This document shows positions 42,327 through 53,464 of a stretch of DNA of 64,000 nucleotides, piece by piece. Origin of the DNA: Candidatus Latescibacterota bacterium (lineage in GTDB: Bacteria; Latescibacterota; UBA2968; UBA8231); NCBI GenBank assembly GCA_965223905.1, contig CBDCXV010000010.1:1856001-1920000 (forward strand). The letters run 5' to 3'. The notes beneath the pieces are model-generated. The model did not search any database and was not told where the DNA came from. It was given only the letters and a program-made list of their open reading frames with translations. Both the position numbers and the translations under genes were made by a program. The stretch's first letter is position 1; each line of letters opens with the position of its first letter.

Positions 42327-42830
42327 TTTCAGCCGCCGCCTGGCGGCGTGTAGTCCATTGTTGACTGTTGTCTCAGGTACTTCCAAAAACGCAGCAATCT
42401 CCCTTTGCGTGAAACCACTGATGTATGACAGCGTGATGACGGCTCGTGCATGCCTCTGCAATCACCGGATCGCAATCTCCACTGCCTCCTGCTGCGCGGC
42501 TTGCTCCATTTGATCGATCGGCGTGGTCTCCTCAGTCTGCATGTGTTCATCTTGCAGTTCTACCAGCTTGACTCGCCGTTTCCGTCGGATGCGATCGCAG
42601 TGCTTGTAGACGATTTTGCGAAACCACCCCGGGAAAGCTGATGGATCTCTCAGTTGAGCCAGGTCGACGAAAGCCTGGAGAAAACTCTCCTGAGCGGCGT
42701 CTTCTGCCTGGTGAACATCACCCAGCTCCGAAAATGCGTAACCGACAGCCATGTCCTGGAAGTGAGTGATGATTTGGCCAAAGGCCTCGCGATCACCTCC
42801 TCGGACACGATGAGCAGCCGGTATCCTCTC
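42327..42830 (-). pseudogene. ECF sigma factor with internal TGA, fused to the transporter fragment
   Basis: GDREAF, AEDAAQE and FPGWF; stop at 42462-42464; EIAAFLEVPETTV..LHAARRRLK. Confidence 0.8.
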
Positions 42831-43259
42831 AAACCACATCATAAACAATCGGTTATGAGATCGACCAGGCGTCAGACGAGTACCGTCCCACACGGCTCCT
42901 CTTCAGATTGCGCTAGAATGGGCCGCGGGTGGCCAAGAGAGCATCGGAGGAATCGCTGACCATCACCGACAGAATCCGATGGGCGGGAGTGTAGGCCAGC
43001 TCTCCTGCAAGCCGTCCAGACCATGGCCAAGAGGACCTCTGACTGTCGCCGCAGTCCGCAGGCCCTTTCCGGCACCAGCACGGGGACGATGGCTGGTTTT
43101 TTGGTAGGAAAGCCCACCTCTGCGACGTGCCGTACACGCTGCCTTACACTGCATTGAAGCCGCGCGTCAGCAGCGCTGAATCTGATGTCGCCTCATGCTC
43201 ATCTTTCTCGCCACCATTAGCACCACGCGTGGCCTGGAACGCTCGCGTGTGCGCCGATG

Positions 43260-44843
43260 TCATTTTTCCATCAATCGGTAACGATCTACCTCACTACCCT
43301 GGGCATGCCAGATTTCGTTCGCTGTTCCGGGGGCAAAATCAAATCCTTCCAAATGCATCACTGGTTCGGCGATGTGCCAAACGCGCCTGGGATGTCGCCG
43401 TTGGTCGGTAAGTTTGTCAGGGATATCAAACTCGAAGAGACCATCCATGCTGCCAAACGTGTGAATCGAGTAGAGCTTTCGCCCAACGATCCGGATCCCC
43501 TGAGAGAAGTGCATTGCCTCTGGATATCGGAACACGCCATCGCGTTCGATCTTGTCGCCATCGATCCGATAACGATGGATGCCCAGATCGCTAAGGTCGC
43601 CGACCCAAACGTTGTCGCCATCGAAGCAAACAGGATCGATCCATGTGACGTCTTGCGTGATGTCCCAGGTGTTGACGACAATCAGATCGCTTGCGCGAAT
43701 CTTGGCGATGATCGAGCGGTTCAGCTTCGGATCGTGCTTGCCGTTCTCTGGGCCCTGCAAAAGCCCCGCCCACAGGAAGCCGTCGTGATAGTCGATCGCG
43801 CCGATGTGGTTCACACCTTCGATGTGAATCTCCTTTTCTTCGAGCAAGTTCCATTTGTTGTCGTAGCGGAAAATCGAGCGCGCGGTGCTGGTGAAATAGT
43901 GCTTGTCGGTAAGAGCCATACCTTGCTGAGCGGCGCCGTTGGCAAGTATGTGTTGCTCGAGCAAGACGGATTCCGGCCTCTCGAGGCCTGGCTGCTTCAA
44001 CCGTGAGCGATAGGTCGGCTTCAATCGCGGAATGCTTTGTTTATCTGCGACCCTCAACATCGCGGCGACTCGATCGACCAGAGGGAACTCGACTCCAACC
44101 TCGAACAGCGTGTTCACTTTGCCGGCTTCGTTCGCGCAACAGTGGTTGATGCGGATTCGATGCTGTTTGAGAACCGTCGAATGAGCCGGGTCGACCGACT
44201 TGGCACCGAGTAGTTGAATGAATTCCGCTTTCATGTCGATTGTTTCGTTGACATATTGCAGCGTGTTTGCCTGCCGTTCCATGTTGCAGATCATGATCCG
44301 GGGCTCAACACGCTTGGCGGCGCGAGCGGCAACGGCTCCGCACGCCAGAAACGCTTGATGCAATCGATCGTTGGCCATGATGCTCTTGGCGACTTCCGCA
44401 GCCAACTTCGCCTCGCCCTTGAGATGCACATTGAGCCACACGTTGTCCGGCATGACCGCGAGCGCTTCATCGAACGTGGGAATGCGCTCACCCTGGAACT
44501 GGTCATCCTTCCACCAACCGGCATCCAGCTCCTTCAGCTCTTCCAAAGTCAATTGCGAGACTGCCCCTTCCCCGTTTGTCGTGCGGTCGACCGTCGCGTC
44601 GTGCATCAGCACCAGCTTGCCGTCTTTGCTCATCGCGACATTAAGCTCGATCATCTGTGCGCCCAGGCGAATTGCCTCATGGAACGCGGCAAGCGTGTTT
44701 TCCGGGTGAGTGTCGCTCGCGCCGCGATGGGCGCAGATACCGCGCGTTGGCATCTCGATCTCACCTGATGCGCTTCGCCCCTGCATTATCGCCGCGGTGA
44801 TTATTGCGAGAAGAATCGCAGGCGTTTGATGTGACTTTTTCAA
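43260..44843 (-). CDS. Secreted glycerophosphodiester phosphodiesterase with extra C-terminal propeller-like domain
   Basis: AHRGAS..PENTLAAF and HDATVDRTTNG; GGAGG RBS with TTG start at 44843. Confidence 0.8.
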   Translation of the reverse strand: MKKSHQTPAILLAIITAAIMQGRSASGEIEMPTRGICAHRGASDTHPENTLAAFHEAIRLGAQMIELNVAMSKDGKLVLMHDATVDRTTNGEGAVSQLTLEELKELDAGWWKDDQFQGERIPTFDEALAVMPDNVWLNVHLKGEAKLAAEVAKSIMANDRLHQAFLACGAVAARAAKRVEPRIMICNMERQANTLQYVNETIDMKAEFIQLLGAKSVDPAHSTVLKQHRIRINHCCANEAGKVNTLFEVGVEFPLVDRVAAMLRVADKQSIPRLKPTYRSRLKQPGLERPESVLLEQHILANGAAQQGMALTDKHYFTSTARSIFRYDNKWNLLEEKEIHIEGVNHIGAIDYHDGFLWAGLLQGPENGKHDPKLNRSIIAKIRASDLIVVNTWDITQDVTWIDPVCFDGDNVWVGDLSDLGIHRYRIDGDKIERDGVFRYPEAMHFSQGIRIVGRKLYSIHTFGSMDGLFEFDIPDKLTDQRRHPRRVWHIAEPVMHLEGFDFAPGTANEIWHAQGSEVDRYRLMEK

Positions 44844-44930
44844 AGCGACCTCCAAGAAGTGCGGGCCCGAAACTGCGGGCACTATCTTAACGTGAAGAGC
44901 GCCCTGCGTGATCCGAGTACACAAGAAGGA

Positions 44931-45300
44931 AAGTTTAGGAGAAATAAACGGTGTTATGGATAGTTCAGACAGTAGCATGGATAGTTCAGACAGTAGCCTT
45001 GCGATTGGTTGGAGTGATTCTTAAGTGGTTTTTTTCGGAGGCTTTGGAGGAAAAGTTCGTTTTTCGATGCGGAGAGCTGCTCTTCGGCATTATTCGAAGT
45101 ACGGATGTGTGCCACTGGGCGCAGTTCACCGCCTCAACCTACCAAATCGAACCCCGTTTGCGGCTGTGGGTGGGCCGGCCCGATTGGGGGTGCGCGGGAA
45201 GGCAGGTCCATTGAATCCAGGCAGCTGATGATCGAACGCCGGTCCGTCAGCGCGGCGCTCTCCCGGATTTGGACTCGGGATCCTCCAGCGCCTGCAGCAG
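44931..45300 (-). mobile_element. Degenerate IS91/ISCR 3' remnant with oriIS (family A)
   Basis: AALTDRRSIISCLDSMDLPSRAPPIGPA resembles the 33770-34185 tail; the end reads CCATAACACCGTTTATTTCTCCTAAAC on the minus strand. Confidence 0.7.
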
Positions 45301-45752
45301 TGCCGGCAGTGCATCGCGCTTGGCGATCAACAACTCCTGCTTGGCCGAAGTCTCCAGTTAGGTGTTTGCGAGTGTAGTGATCGAGTGTTATTCGTGAAGA
45401 AAGGACCTGTCGCAATCGGTCGGCAAGAGAGAAGGGAGCTACGATCTTCCATCATCTGACAACGATCAGAAACAGCCGTCAGGCTTGCTGTCGCCGTCAG
45501 GACAATGGGCTGACGTCGTAGCGGTCCTACTCGGCCGCCGCCTTCTCCCTCCACTGCTCCCGGTACTCAGCCACGAAACGCTCGAAGAAGGCTCTGGTAT
45601 TACTCGCGAGACCATCGAGATAACCCGGGGTGTCGAACCAGGGCTGGTTCGAGAAGTAATCGAACCGAGGCATTGAGGCCTTGGTGTAGGTGAATAGGAG
45701 AGTGCGGCGCAGCTTGTCCGTGTGATAGCGCCCCCTGTGGAACCGCCTGACC

Positions 45753-48275
45753 TCAGCGCTCAGCCAGCTTCATCAACGCCGCCAACACTCGAATCCGCGC
45801 GCCGTCGGCCAACGTGCGATCCATTGTCTCGTCCAGCCACCACGTCGTCTCGGAGAACGCGGCCTCGCAGACACTCGCCGGCACGCTCTCCAGCAGCTGA
45901 CGCGCCTCCGCCACGTCCGGACCCGTCGCCCCCTGCGCAGACGCCTCCCGGATCGCCCGATCCAACATCACGAAATACTCGTAGTCCTCCACCCCTTCGC
46001 GCTGCGCCTCCAGGTGTTTGCCAGCCGTCACCGAGTCCTCGGCGATAAACAAAGGCGTGTACGCCGTCCCCTTGGCCAGATACTCGTTCCACGATGAGGC
46101 GCCGGCCGCGTCGGTCAGCGACCAGAAATACATCCCCGTGGCCCCATAGCGCCAACACCACCACGCCGTCAGCCGGTAGTAGGCGTACGGATCCAGAAGC
46201 CGCGCCGGGCCATCAGCATTGTAGAACTCCAGCTCGATCCCCTGATCGCGCTTCTTCAGGTAATACTCGCGAAACTCCTGGGCCGCGTCAGGAGACCGGA
46301 TAGGTGTAGAAGCATTCAGGAAGATCTTGAGGTGCGGGCACAACACATGGCACGCATCTATCATCGCCTCCGTCGCCTGGCTCATGTCCCGGTAGGTCGG
46401 ATCCTCCCAGATGCGGACCCCCGTATCCGCCTCCCGGATAGCCTTAGCCCACGCCAGAATGACCTGGTCAGCCTGCCGCACCTCGTTCGGCTCATCCACC
46501 AGCAGCAGCGCCAACTGTTCCGGCTTCAACCCCTTCTCCACTGCATGCCCCGCCCAGAACGTCACCCACGCCTTCACCGCCGTCGCGAATTCCGGTGTGT
46601 CCATGGCCCATGAGTACTTTTCGTCGCCCGCATACGTGAATCGATCGCCCACTCTCACGAACACGAGGTATTGGGCTGCACCCGGCCACAACTCGAGCCA
46701 CGCATCGAACTTGGCTGTGTTGGGTGGCGCCGTCATCGCTCCCTGCGCATCATACGTGCCCTGTACATCCGGGTAGCTCGGATTCAGCAGCCGGGGCGAG
46801 CCCCACGGCGAGTCCACGAAACGTTCGCGCAGGTGCTGAACGATCAGCGATTGGTTCTGCTCCGTCACCAACTTGGTCTTACTGATGGTCTCATGCGTAT
46901 AGTCCCATCCGCCCAGGTGAAGCGACTGCTTCTCCGGGAAATCCAGGGGATACAGGTGCATGCGCAACGGAAACCGCTTGCCCCCGGCCGCAGACTCCAC
47001 GAGGACCTCGCCCTCATACGTACCCGGCTCCACCTCCACCGGATGGAACGTCAGCCACACCTGCCGCGTCATCCCCGAGGGCACGGTCACCGTATACAGA
47101 TTGTCCTCAGCAGAAACCTGCGGCAGCGCCGCCGCCACCGGCACGCCAGATCTGGTATCCGTCCAGCCTACTTCGTGAACCGTTACATATTCCGGATTGT
47201 CGCCCCCGGGAAGCCCCCTCAACCGGAACCTCACCTGCGCCGACTCATCACTGCTGTTGCTCACGTTGAACGCTGCCGCGCGATATTCCTTCCGCATCAG
47301 GTGGACCTCGACGGACAGTTCCGGCGCCGTGTCCGGCATGCCGATGAGCGGAAGCGGATCCCACAGATCCGAACGCCAGAACGTGAGCGGCTCTAAACCC
47401 CTGGCGCGCCACAGCCACGCCTGCGTACGCAACACCCGTTCATGCCACGAATTCAGCGGCAGTACGGCCCGAAAATCTTCCCCGTACGCCCTGCACGCCT
47501 GCCCCAACTCCCCTTCCACGGCCGTCAACTCGTCGTGCACATCTTGCTGTGTCTGGACCGGGACCCCCTCCTCCTCCGTCGCCTTCTTCAGGGCTTGGAT
47601 GTCCTGCACAAACCGCCTCCGAATCGCCACCTGAATGGCGAGCTGGCCCGAATGCGCCTCCACGTCCGTAAAACCCGGGCCCGGCAGCGGCTCATTCACC
47701 CACTCCGGCTCTCCCGCGTAGACCTCGATTTCGTCGACGAACGCGTACCGCCCCACGGGCCACACAACCAGGCTGACATAGCGGCCGTGAGTCCTCAACT
47801 GGTCCGTCCAGTACCGATGCGTCCCATCCGTCCCATACTCCGTCGGTAAGGGGGGGCCGTGTGCGGCGCTCAACCCCACCAGCTCCCCGATCTCATGGAA
47901 TTTCTTGTCTTCACCCGCCGTGAAGACGAAGATCGCCTCCGGCCATTTCACGCTCGAAGCGCCGGCCGCCGTATGGAACGAAATACCCCGTATCGGCCTC
48001 ACCGTACCCAGGTCCAGCGTCAGGATAACGGGCTTCACTCTGACCCAGCCCACTGTCGACAGCTGTGTCCAAAGACTTTCCGCCGTTTGATCGTACACGC
48101 CATCCGTCAGTTGCGTGACATCAGCGGCGTCCGTGCAATGCTCATAATTCGGCGCCGGCTCCATCGTGTAGCTCGCCCCAAAGGCAATGTTCTCGCTCGG
48201 ACGATCCACCGCCGTGTCCTGCGCCCACGCCAGTCCCACTATCAACAACCCTATTGCTGCCAATGTCCGTTTCAT
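45753..48275 (-). CDS. Secreted protein, discoidin-like N-terminus plus DUF4091/GH123-like region (paralog A)
   Basis: Signal peptide, NIAFGASY..QLTDG, LVDEP and REGVEDYEY. Confidence 0.6.
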   Translation of the reverse strand: MKRTLAAIGLLIVGLAWAQDTAVDRPSENIAFGASYTMEPAPNYEHCTDAADVTQLTDGVYDQTAESLWTQLSTVGWVRVKPVILTLDLGTVRPIRGISFHTAAGASSVKWPEAIFVFTAGEDKKFHEIGELVGLSAAHGPPLPTEYGTDGTHRYWTDQLRTHGRYVSLVVWPVGRYAFVDEIEVYAGEPEWVNEPLPGPGFTDVEAHSGQLAIQVAIRRRFVQDIQALKKATEEEGVPVQTQQDVHDELTAVEGELGQACRAYGEDFRAVLPLNSWHERVLRTQAWLWRARGLEPLTFWRSDLWDPLPLIGMPDTAPELSVEVHLMRKEYRAAAFNVSNSSDESAQVRFRLRGLPGGDNPEYVTVHEVGWTDTRSGVPVAAALPQVSAEDNLYTVTVPSGMTRQVWLTFHPVEVEPGTYEGEVLVESAAGGKRFPLRMHLYPLDFPEKQSLHLGGWDYTHETISKTKLVTEQNQSLIVQHLRERFVDSPWGSPRLLNPSYPDVQGTYDAQGAMTAPPNTAKFDAWLELWPGAAQYLVFVRVGDRFTYAGDEKYSWAMDTPEFATAVKAWVTFWAGHAVEKGLKPEQLALLLVDEPNEVRQADQVILAWAKAIREADTGVRIWEDPTYRDMSQATEAMIDACHVLCPHLKIFLNASTPIRSPDAAQEFREYYLKKRDQGIELEFYNADGPARLLDPYAYYRLTAWWCWRYGATGMYFWSLTDAAGASSWNEYLAKGTAYTPLFIAEDSVTAGKHLEAQREGVEDYEYFVMLDRAIREASAQGATGPDVAEARQLLESVPASVCEAAFSETTWWLDETMDRTLADGARIRVLAALMKLAER

Positions 48276-48500
48276 CGCCTGTCTCTCACAGTCTGATTCT
48301 AGTGCCGTGTCCCGGAAGTATCAGCGCCGATCCATCCAGACTCGCGGCGTTGCTCTCACTTGCGATATGCTCCGCTACCCGTACCACAGTAACAAGATCC
48401 CGTAACCTGAGGAGAGCGCTTGCGTGAGGTAGAGGATTTCCAAATGCCAGCACCATCGGATTAGCGTTGAGAGAGGACGCCTGGAGGTCGGCGCCAGACC

Positions 48501-51116
48501 TCACCGCTGAGCCAGCGCCGTCAGAGCCGCCAACACCTGAATCCGGCCCTTGTCCGCCAGGGTGCGGTCTATCTTCTCGTTGAGCCAGTCGTGCCTCCCC
48601 GGGGACCTCGAATCCCCGATCTCGTGGCCCCCGGCCTGCAGGACGCTCAGCGGCAGGGTCGCCAACAAGCGACGCGCCTCCTCCACCTCCGGACCGATCA
48701 CCCCGGACGCCGAAGCTTCCTGAATCGCCCGATCGAGCATCGCCAAGTACTCGTAGTCCTGCACACCTTCCCGCGCCGCCTCGAGGTGTTTTCCGGCCGT
48801 CACCGAGGTCTCGTCGAGGAAGATGGGGGAGTAGGTATTGTTGAGGGAGAGGTATTCGTTCCACGATGAAGCGCCGCCCGTGTCCGTCAGCGACCACGTG
48901 TAGAAGCCATCGGCCCCGAAGCGCCAGCACGACCACGCGTTGAGCCGGCCCGAATACGGATCGGAATCCCGACCGCTACCCCCGTAGAATTCCAGCGCGA
49001 TGCCCTGGTCCCGCTTCGTCAGGAAGTAGTCGCGATACTCCGGGTCGCCCCTCAGGAAAGCCCCGTAATTGGGGGACAGTACGTGAACCAAATCGATCAT
49101 CTCCTGATCGGCCTGGCTCATGTCGCCGTGGGTCACGTCCTCCCAGATGCGGACCCCTGTGGCGGCCTGGCGGATCGGCTTCGACCATTCTAGTATGAGC
49201 TCGTCCTGGAATGGCTCGTCGGGCTCGTCCACCAGCAGCAGGGCCAACTGTTCGGGCTTGAACCCCTTCGACACCATGTACTCCGCCCAGAAGGTCACCC
49301 AGTCCCTGACCGCCGTCTCGAACTCCGGTGTGCCCATCTGCCATGACTGGAACTTGGGTTCCGCTTCGGCGAAGACCATGTACTGGGCCGCGTCCGGCCA
49401 CAACTCGATCCAGGCGTCGAAGATGTCGGTGGAGGGTGGCGCGATCATCGCTCCCCGTTCGTCGTGGGTGCCGCGCGGCAAGGCCAGGCTGAGGCCCCAG
49501 GGCGAGTCGACCCGGTGCTCGCGCAGGTGCTCGACGATCGACCTCCGGTTCTGCTCGGTGATGTAGGGAAAATGACCAATACGATCGGTGTAGTCCCAGC
49601 CGCCCATGTGCAGAGTCTGCTGCTCGGGAAAGTCCAGGGGATACAGGTGCAGGCGCAACGGAAACCGCACGCCACCGGGGGAGGGAACTACGACCTCGCC
49701 CTCGTACACACCCGGGGCCACGTCCACCGGGTGGAAGGTCATCCACACCTGCCGGGTCATTCCAGACGGCACGGTTACCGTGTACAGACCGTTCTCGGGA
49801 GCCACCTCTGGCAGCGCCGCTGCGACAGGCATCCCGTGCCGGGTGTCCGTCCAGAGCACCTCGTGAACGGTGACGTATTCGGGATTGTCGCCGCCCGGTA
49901 GCCCACTCAGGCGGAACGAGACCTCCTTCGGTTCGTCGGCGCTGTTGCTGACGTTGAAGGCGGCGGCGCGGTGTTCCTGCCGCATCAGGTGCACTTCGAC
50001 GGCCAGCTCGGCCTCGGCGGTTAGTACCGCCGCCGTGTCAGGCGCGCCGACGAGGGGGAGTGGATCCCACAGGTTTGAGTGCCAGAACGTGAGCGGTCTA
50101 AGACCGGCGGCGCGCCAGAGCAAGGCCTGGGTGCGCATCACCCGTTCGTGCCACGGATTCAACGGCAGTATGGCCTGGAAGTCATCGCCGGACTCGGTGG
50201 CCGGCCCCAGATTCGCTTCCACGTGTGCCAGCTCGCCGAGCACGTCAATTCGTACCTGAACCGGGACACCCTCTTCTTGGGCCGTCTGCCGTAAGGCCTC
50301 GATGTCCTGCGCGAGGCGCGCCCGAATTCCCTTCTGGATGGCCAGCCGCTTCGCGTACGCCTTCGGATTAGGGACGGCTGGTCCCGTCGGCGGCTCATCC
50401 AACCACGCGGGTTCGCCACCGTAGACCTCGATCTCGTCGACGAACGTGTACGGCTCGTTCCACACCATCAGACTGACGTAGCGTCCGTGCGTTCGAAGAC
50501 GGTCCGTCCAGTAGATGTAGGTCCCGTACCTGGCGGCGCGCTCCTCAATGGCATCGCGAAGCACCTGGGCACGCACTTCGGGGGTGAACTTCGGCCCGAA
50601 GCGGTCCTTGCGGAACGCGTAGTGATGGTGTACTTGAGCGTTGCTGAAACCCTCGTCGATCCAAATGTCAGGGTTCGCCCTCGTCGGAACGAGCGGTCCG
50701 TGCTGTTGTTCGCTCAATCGCACCAGGTCGCCGACCTCGTGGAACTGCTCGTCTTCATCGGCCACGAGGATGCGGATCGTCAGGGGCCACTCCACGTCCG
50801 CGAACCCTCCCGCCGTACTGAACGAGACGCCCCGGATCGGCTGTACCGCACCCAGGTCCAGCGTGAAGATCGAAGGGGCCTTTTCCTGCCAGCCCACCGT
50901 CGACTTGTTGACCCAGAAGTAACCCTCCGTGTAATCCCCGTCCGTCAGCTGCTCGAGATCACCGGGGTCGGAGCAGAGCCCGTAGTTGGGACCCGGGTCT
51001 AACGTGTAGCTCGCCCCGAGCGCGATGTTACCGCTTGGGCGGTCTGCGGACTCCGCGGCCTGTGCCCACGCCAGTGCAACTATCAGCGATGTCGCTGCCG
51101 CCAGCATCGGTCTCAT
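48501..51116 (-). CDS. Secreted DUF4091/GH123-like protein (paralog B)
   Basis: Same motifs as 45753-48275. Confidence 0.6.
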   Translation of the reverse strand: MRPMLAAATSLIVALAWAQAAESADRPSGNIALGASYTLDPGPNYGLCSDPGDLEQLTDGDYTEGYFWVNKSTVGWQEKAPSIFTLDLGAVQPIRGVSFSTAGGFADVEWPLTIRILVADEDEQFHEVGDLVRLSEQQHGPLVPTRANPDIWIDEGFSNAQVHHHYAFRKDRFGPKFTPEVRAQVLRDAIEERAARYGTYIYWTDRLRTHGRYVSLMVWNEPYTFVDEIEVYGGEPAWLDEPPTGPAVPNPKAYAKRLAIQKGIRARLAQDIEALRQTAQEEGVPVQVRIDVLGELAHVEANLGPATESGDDFQAILPLNPWHERVMRTQALLWRAAGLRPLTFWHSNLWDPLPLVGAPDTAAVLTAEAELAVEVHLMRQEHRAAAFNVSNSADEPKEVSFRLSGLPGGDNPEYVTVHEVLWTDTRHGMPVAAALPEVAPENGLYTVTVPSGMTRQVWMTFHPVDVAPGVYEGEVVVPSPGGVRFPLRLHLYPLDFPEQQTLHMGGWDYTDRIGHFPYITEQNRRSIVEHLREHRVDSPWGLSLALPRGTHDERGAMIAPPSTDIFDAWIELWPDAAQYMVFAEAEPKFQSWQMGTPEFETAVRDWVTFWAEYMVSKGFKPEQLALLLVDEPDEPFQDELILEWSKPIRQAATGVRIWEDVTHGDMSQADQEMIDLVHVLSPNYGAFLRGDPEYRDYFLTKRDQGIALEFYGGSGRDSDPYSGRLNAWSCWRFGADGFYTWSLTDTGGASSWNEYLSLNNTYSPIFLDETSVTAGKHLEAAREGVQDYEYLAMLDRAIQEASASGVIGPEVEEARRLLATLPLSVLQAGGHEIGDSRSPGRHDWLNEKIDRTLADKGRIQVLAALTALAQR

Positions 51117-51350
51117 GGCTTGTCCTTGCTATCTGATGAGCGCTTCTTCCTCGTACTCTCAAACTGCAAAAAGGCGGGCTGCAACGCGAACGATGGGTGG
51201 CCGCGTCATGCGCCCTCTCACTGGTTCTGGCTCGCTTTTGACGATGGCGATCGGTATCATCCTGCAGATCGACACCGGCCCCAATCATCAAAAACAGAGG
51301 TCGCCGGGCGAGAACCGATCATGACCTCTCGCGAACAAGGAGAAGACCGA

Positions 51351-52361
51351 ATGTCTGAACCTGCTGAAATCCGGGTGACGAACGTCCGCCGCGTCTTTCA
51401 CAACGGCGAGCACAATGCGTTCACGAGCCTGATACGTTTCCGTGACCGGTACTACCTGTCGTTTCGCAGCTGCCCCGATGGGCATTATGCCTATCCGACG
51501 TCGTCGCTCATCATTCTGGCCAGCGACGACGCCGAAACATGGGAACAGGTGCACAGCTTCAGCGTTCCGAAACGGGACGTGCGGGACGGGCACTTCCTGG
51601 TTTTCGAGGACAAGCTTTTCGTCTACACCGGCACGTGGTACTGCGGCGATTCCTCGCCCGACGCGGACCGGGGGCGCGGACACGCCTGCGAGATGAACCA
51701 GCAGCTCGGATATGGAGTTGTGACGGAGGACGGGCAGACGTGGAGCGACCCGATCATGCTGGAGGGGACCTACGGCCATTTCATCTGGCATGCCACCCAG
51801 CACGACGGCGGCGCCTATATGTGCGGGCGGCGCAAGCGTGAATTCGTCGCCTTGGAGGCGGACGATCGGTCGCTGCATGAATCGGCCATGCTGGAGAGCG
51901 ACGACGGGCTCGTCTGGCGGACGCGGGCCCTGTTTCAGACGACCCACGGCAACGAGACGTCGTTTCTGTTCGAGCCGGACAGCAGCGTGTTGGCGGTCTG
52001 CCGGTCCAGAATGTCCAGCTCACAGCTGTGCCGCTCGCAACCGCCGTACAGGGATTGGACCCGAACGGACATCAACCGCTTCATCGGTGGTCCGATGCTG
52101 GTGAAGTGGGGCGAGCGTTACCTGGTCGGCGGGCGCAAGGGCGATTACGATGAGGCACCGGAGACGGTGCTGTCCTGGCTGATTGACGAGCAACTGCACG
52201 ATGTTGCGGTGTTACCGAGCGCCGGCGACAACTCCTATCCCGGCTTCGTCGAGCTCAGCCCGACGCGCGGCGTGATCTCATGGTATTCGAGCCACGAGCA
52301 GGACGCCGCTGGCAAAGCCATGACCGCGATCTACCTGGCGGAACTGGAGATCTCCGAGTGA
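51351..52361 (+). CDS. Exo-sialidase-like / BNR protein
   Basis: HNAFT, SDDGLVW and LPSAGDNSYPG; AAGGAG RBS. Confidence 0.7.
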   Translation: MSEPAEIRVTNVRRVFHNGEHNAFTSLIRFRDRYYLSFRSCPDGHYAYPTSSLIILASDDAETWEQVHSFSVPKRDVRDGHFLVFEDKLFVYTGTWYCGDSSPDADRGRGHACEMNQQLGYGVVTEDGQTWSDPIMLEGTYGHFIWHATQHDGGAYMCGRRKREFVALEADDRSLHESAMLESDDGLVWRTRALFQTTHGNETSFLFEPDSSVLAVCRSRMSSSQLCRSQPPYRDWTRTDINRFIGGPMLVKWGERYLVGGRKGDYDEAPETVLSWLIDEQLHDVAVLPSAGDNSYPGFVELSPTRGVISWYSSHEQDAAGKAMTAIYLAELEISE

Positions 52362-52440
52362 GGTCGCACTCTAACGGAGACTCAGGCCAGTCGGCAGCCA
52401 TCGCGGTGACGCGTCCACACACCAGTCGCGGTCGACGGAA

Positions 52441-53250
52441 TCAGCCGTTGAGGACCTTCATCGTCCTCTCGACAGGCTCGCGGAACGCTTGAGGCAACGA
52501 CGCGAGGTACTGGGGATCGGCGTACTCCGGCTCCTGAGCCCAGGCGTTGATCACCGCATCCTTCGCGGAGTCGACATTGCCGTACACGATAAAGAGGGAT
52601 CGACGTTTCACGCCCCTCGGTGTGAGTCCACGGTGGATGCCGCGCGAGTCGAAGGGCACGGCGCTGCCGGCACGGACCTGCAACTGAATTGCCCCGGTGA
52701 ACATCTTGTCACCGGCCGTAGGTCCTTCCCCGAAACGAGCTTCCTCCTCCTCGGTGTTGGCGCGGTTGTGGGAGCCGGGAACGAACCAGAAGCTCGCATC
52801 GTCCTCGAGGGCCAGTAGAATCTGCGTCGCCGGGAGGGTCTCCATCTCCCTTATCTGTCGCTCAAAGGCCGAATCCTTGCCCCAGGCGAAATAGGAATCC
52901 CGATGCCAGGGACCGCGGTAGTCGTACTCCGGGTTTATGGCAAAAGCCGCAATGCCGTGCATGGTCGCATCATCGCCGAACAACGCCTGGACAACATCCA
53001 TGATGGCCGGCGCCGCCAGGGCTTCCATGACCGGATAGCGCGCGATCTCGGGGTGGTGTGGATCCTGGAATCGGTGTTTGCTGAGGAAGCCGGTCTCTTC
53101 ATCGCGTTCGGCCCGTCCCACGTTCATCGCAGCTTCGATGATCTCTTCGTAACTGTCCTGCACCGCTGCCAGACTGTCAGGCGCTACGGCATCCTCCAGA
53201 ACGACGTAGCCGTCGCGGTTGTATTGATCGATTGCCTGTTGTGTGTTCAC
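52441..53250 (-). CDS. PhyH-like Fe(II)/2OG dioxygenase
   Basis: YNRDGY, WHRD, VPGSH and IHRG motifs. Confidence 0.8.
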   Translation of the reverse strand: MNTQQAIDQYNRDGYVVLEDAVAPDSLAAVQDSYEEIIEAAMNVGRAERDEETGFLSKHRFQDPHHPEIARYPVMEALAAPAIMDVVQALFGDDATMHGIAAFAINPEYDYRGPWHRDSYFAWGKDSAFERQIREMETLPATQILLALEDDASFWFVPGSHNRANTEEEEARFGEGPTAGDKMFTGAIQLQVRAGSAVPFDSRGIHRGLTPRGVKRRSLFIVYGNVDSAKDAVINAWAQEPEYADPQYLASLPQAFREPVERTMKVLNG

Positions 53251-53464
53251 TCTTCGAGCTCCGGCCGGATAGATGATCTCCAGTTCGAGTCACGTTCTCT
53301 GGATAGCCTACGGTACGCCCCTCCCGATGGGCAAGACCACAGCAGGCGACCGAATCGTCGATGATAGTCATTGACCCGGCCTGCCGAACGCCTACGATAC
53401 ACATCGAACGGCACGCCGTGCGGTGGCGGCGGCCCTACGAGAACCCCGGGAGAAGGAGAGGACC

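Noticed and set aside
2283-45365. Integron attC sites (GTTAGCC near 2321, GTTAGGT near 45357)
   Set aside because: No matching upstream RYYYAAC or attC-type stem, no integrase, and mixed gene orientation.
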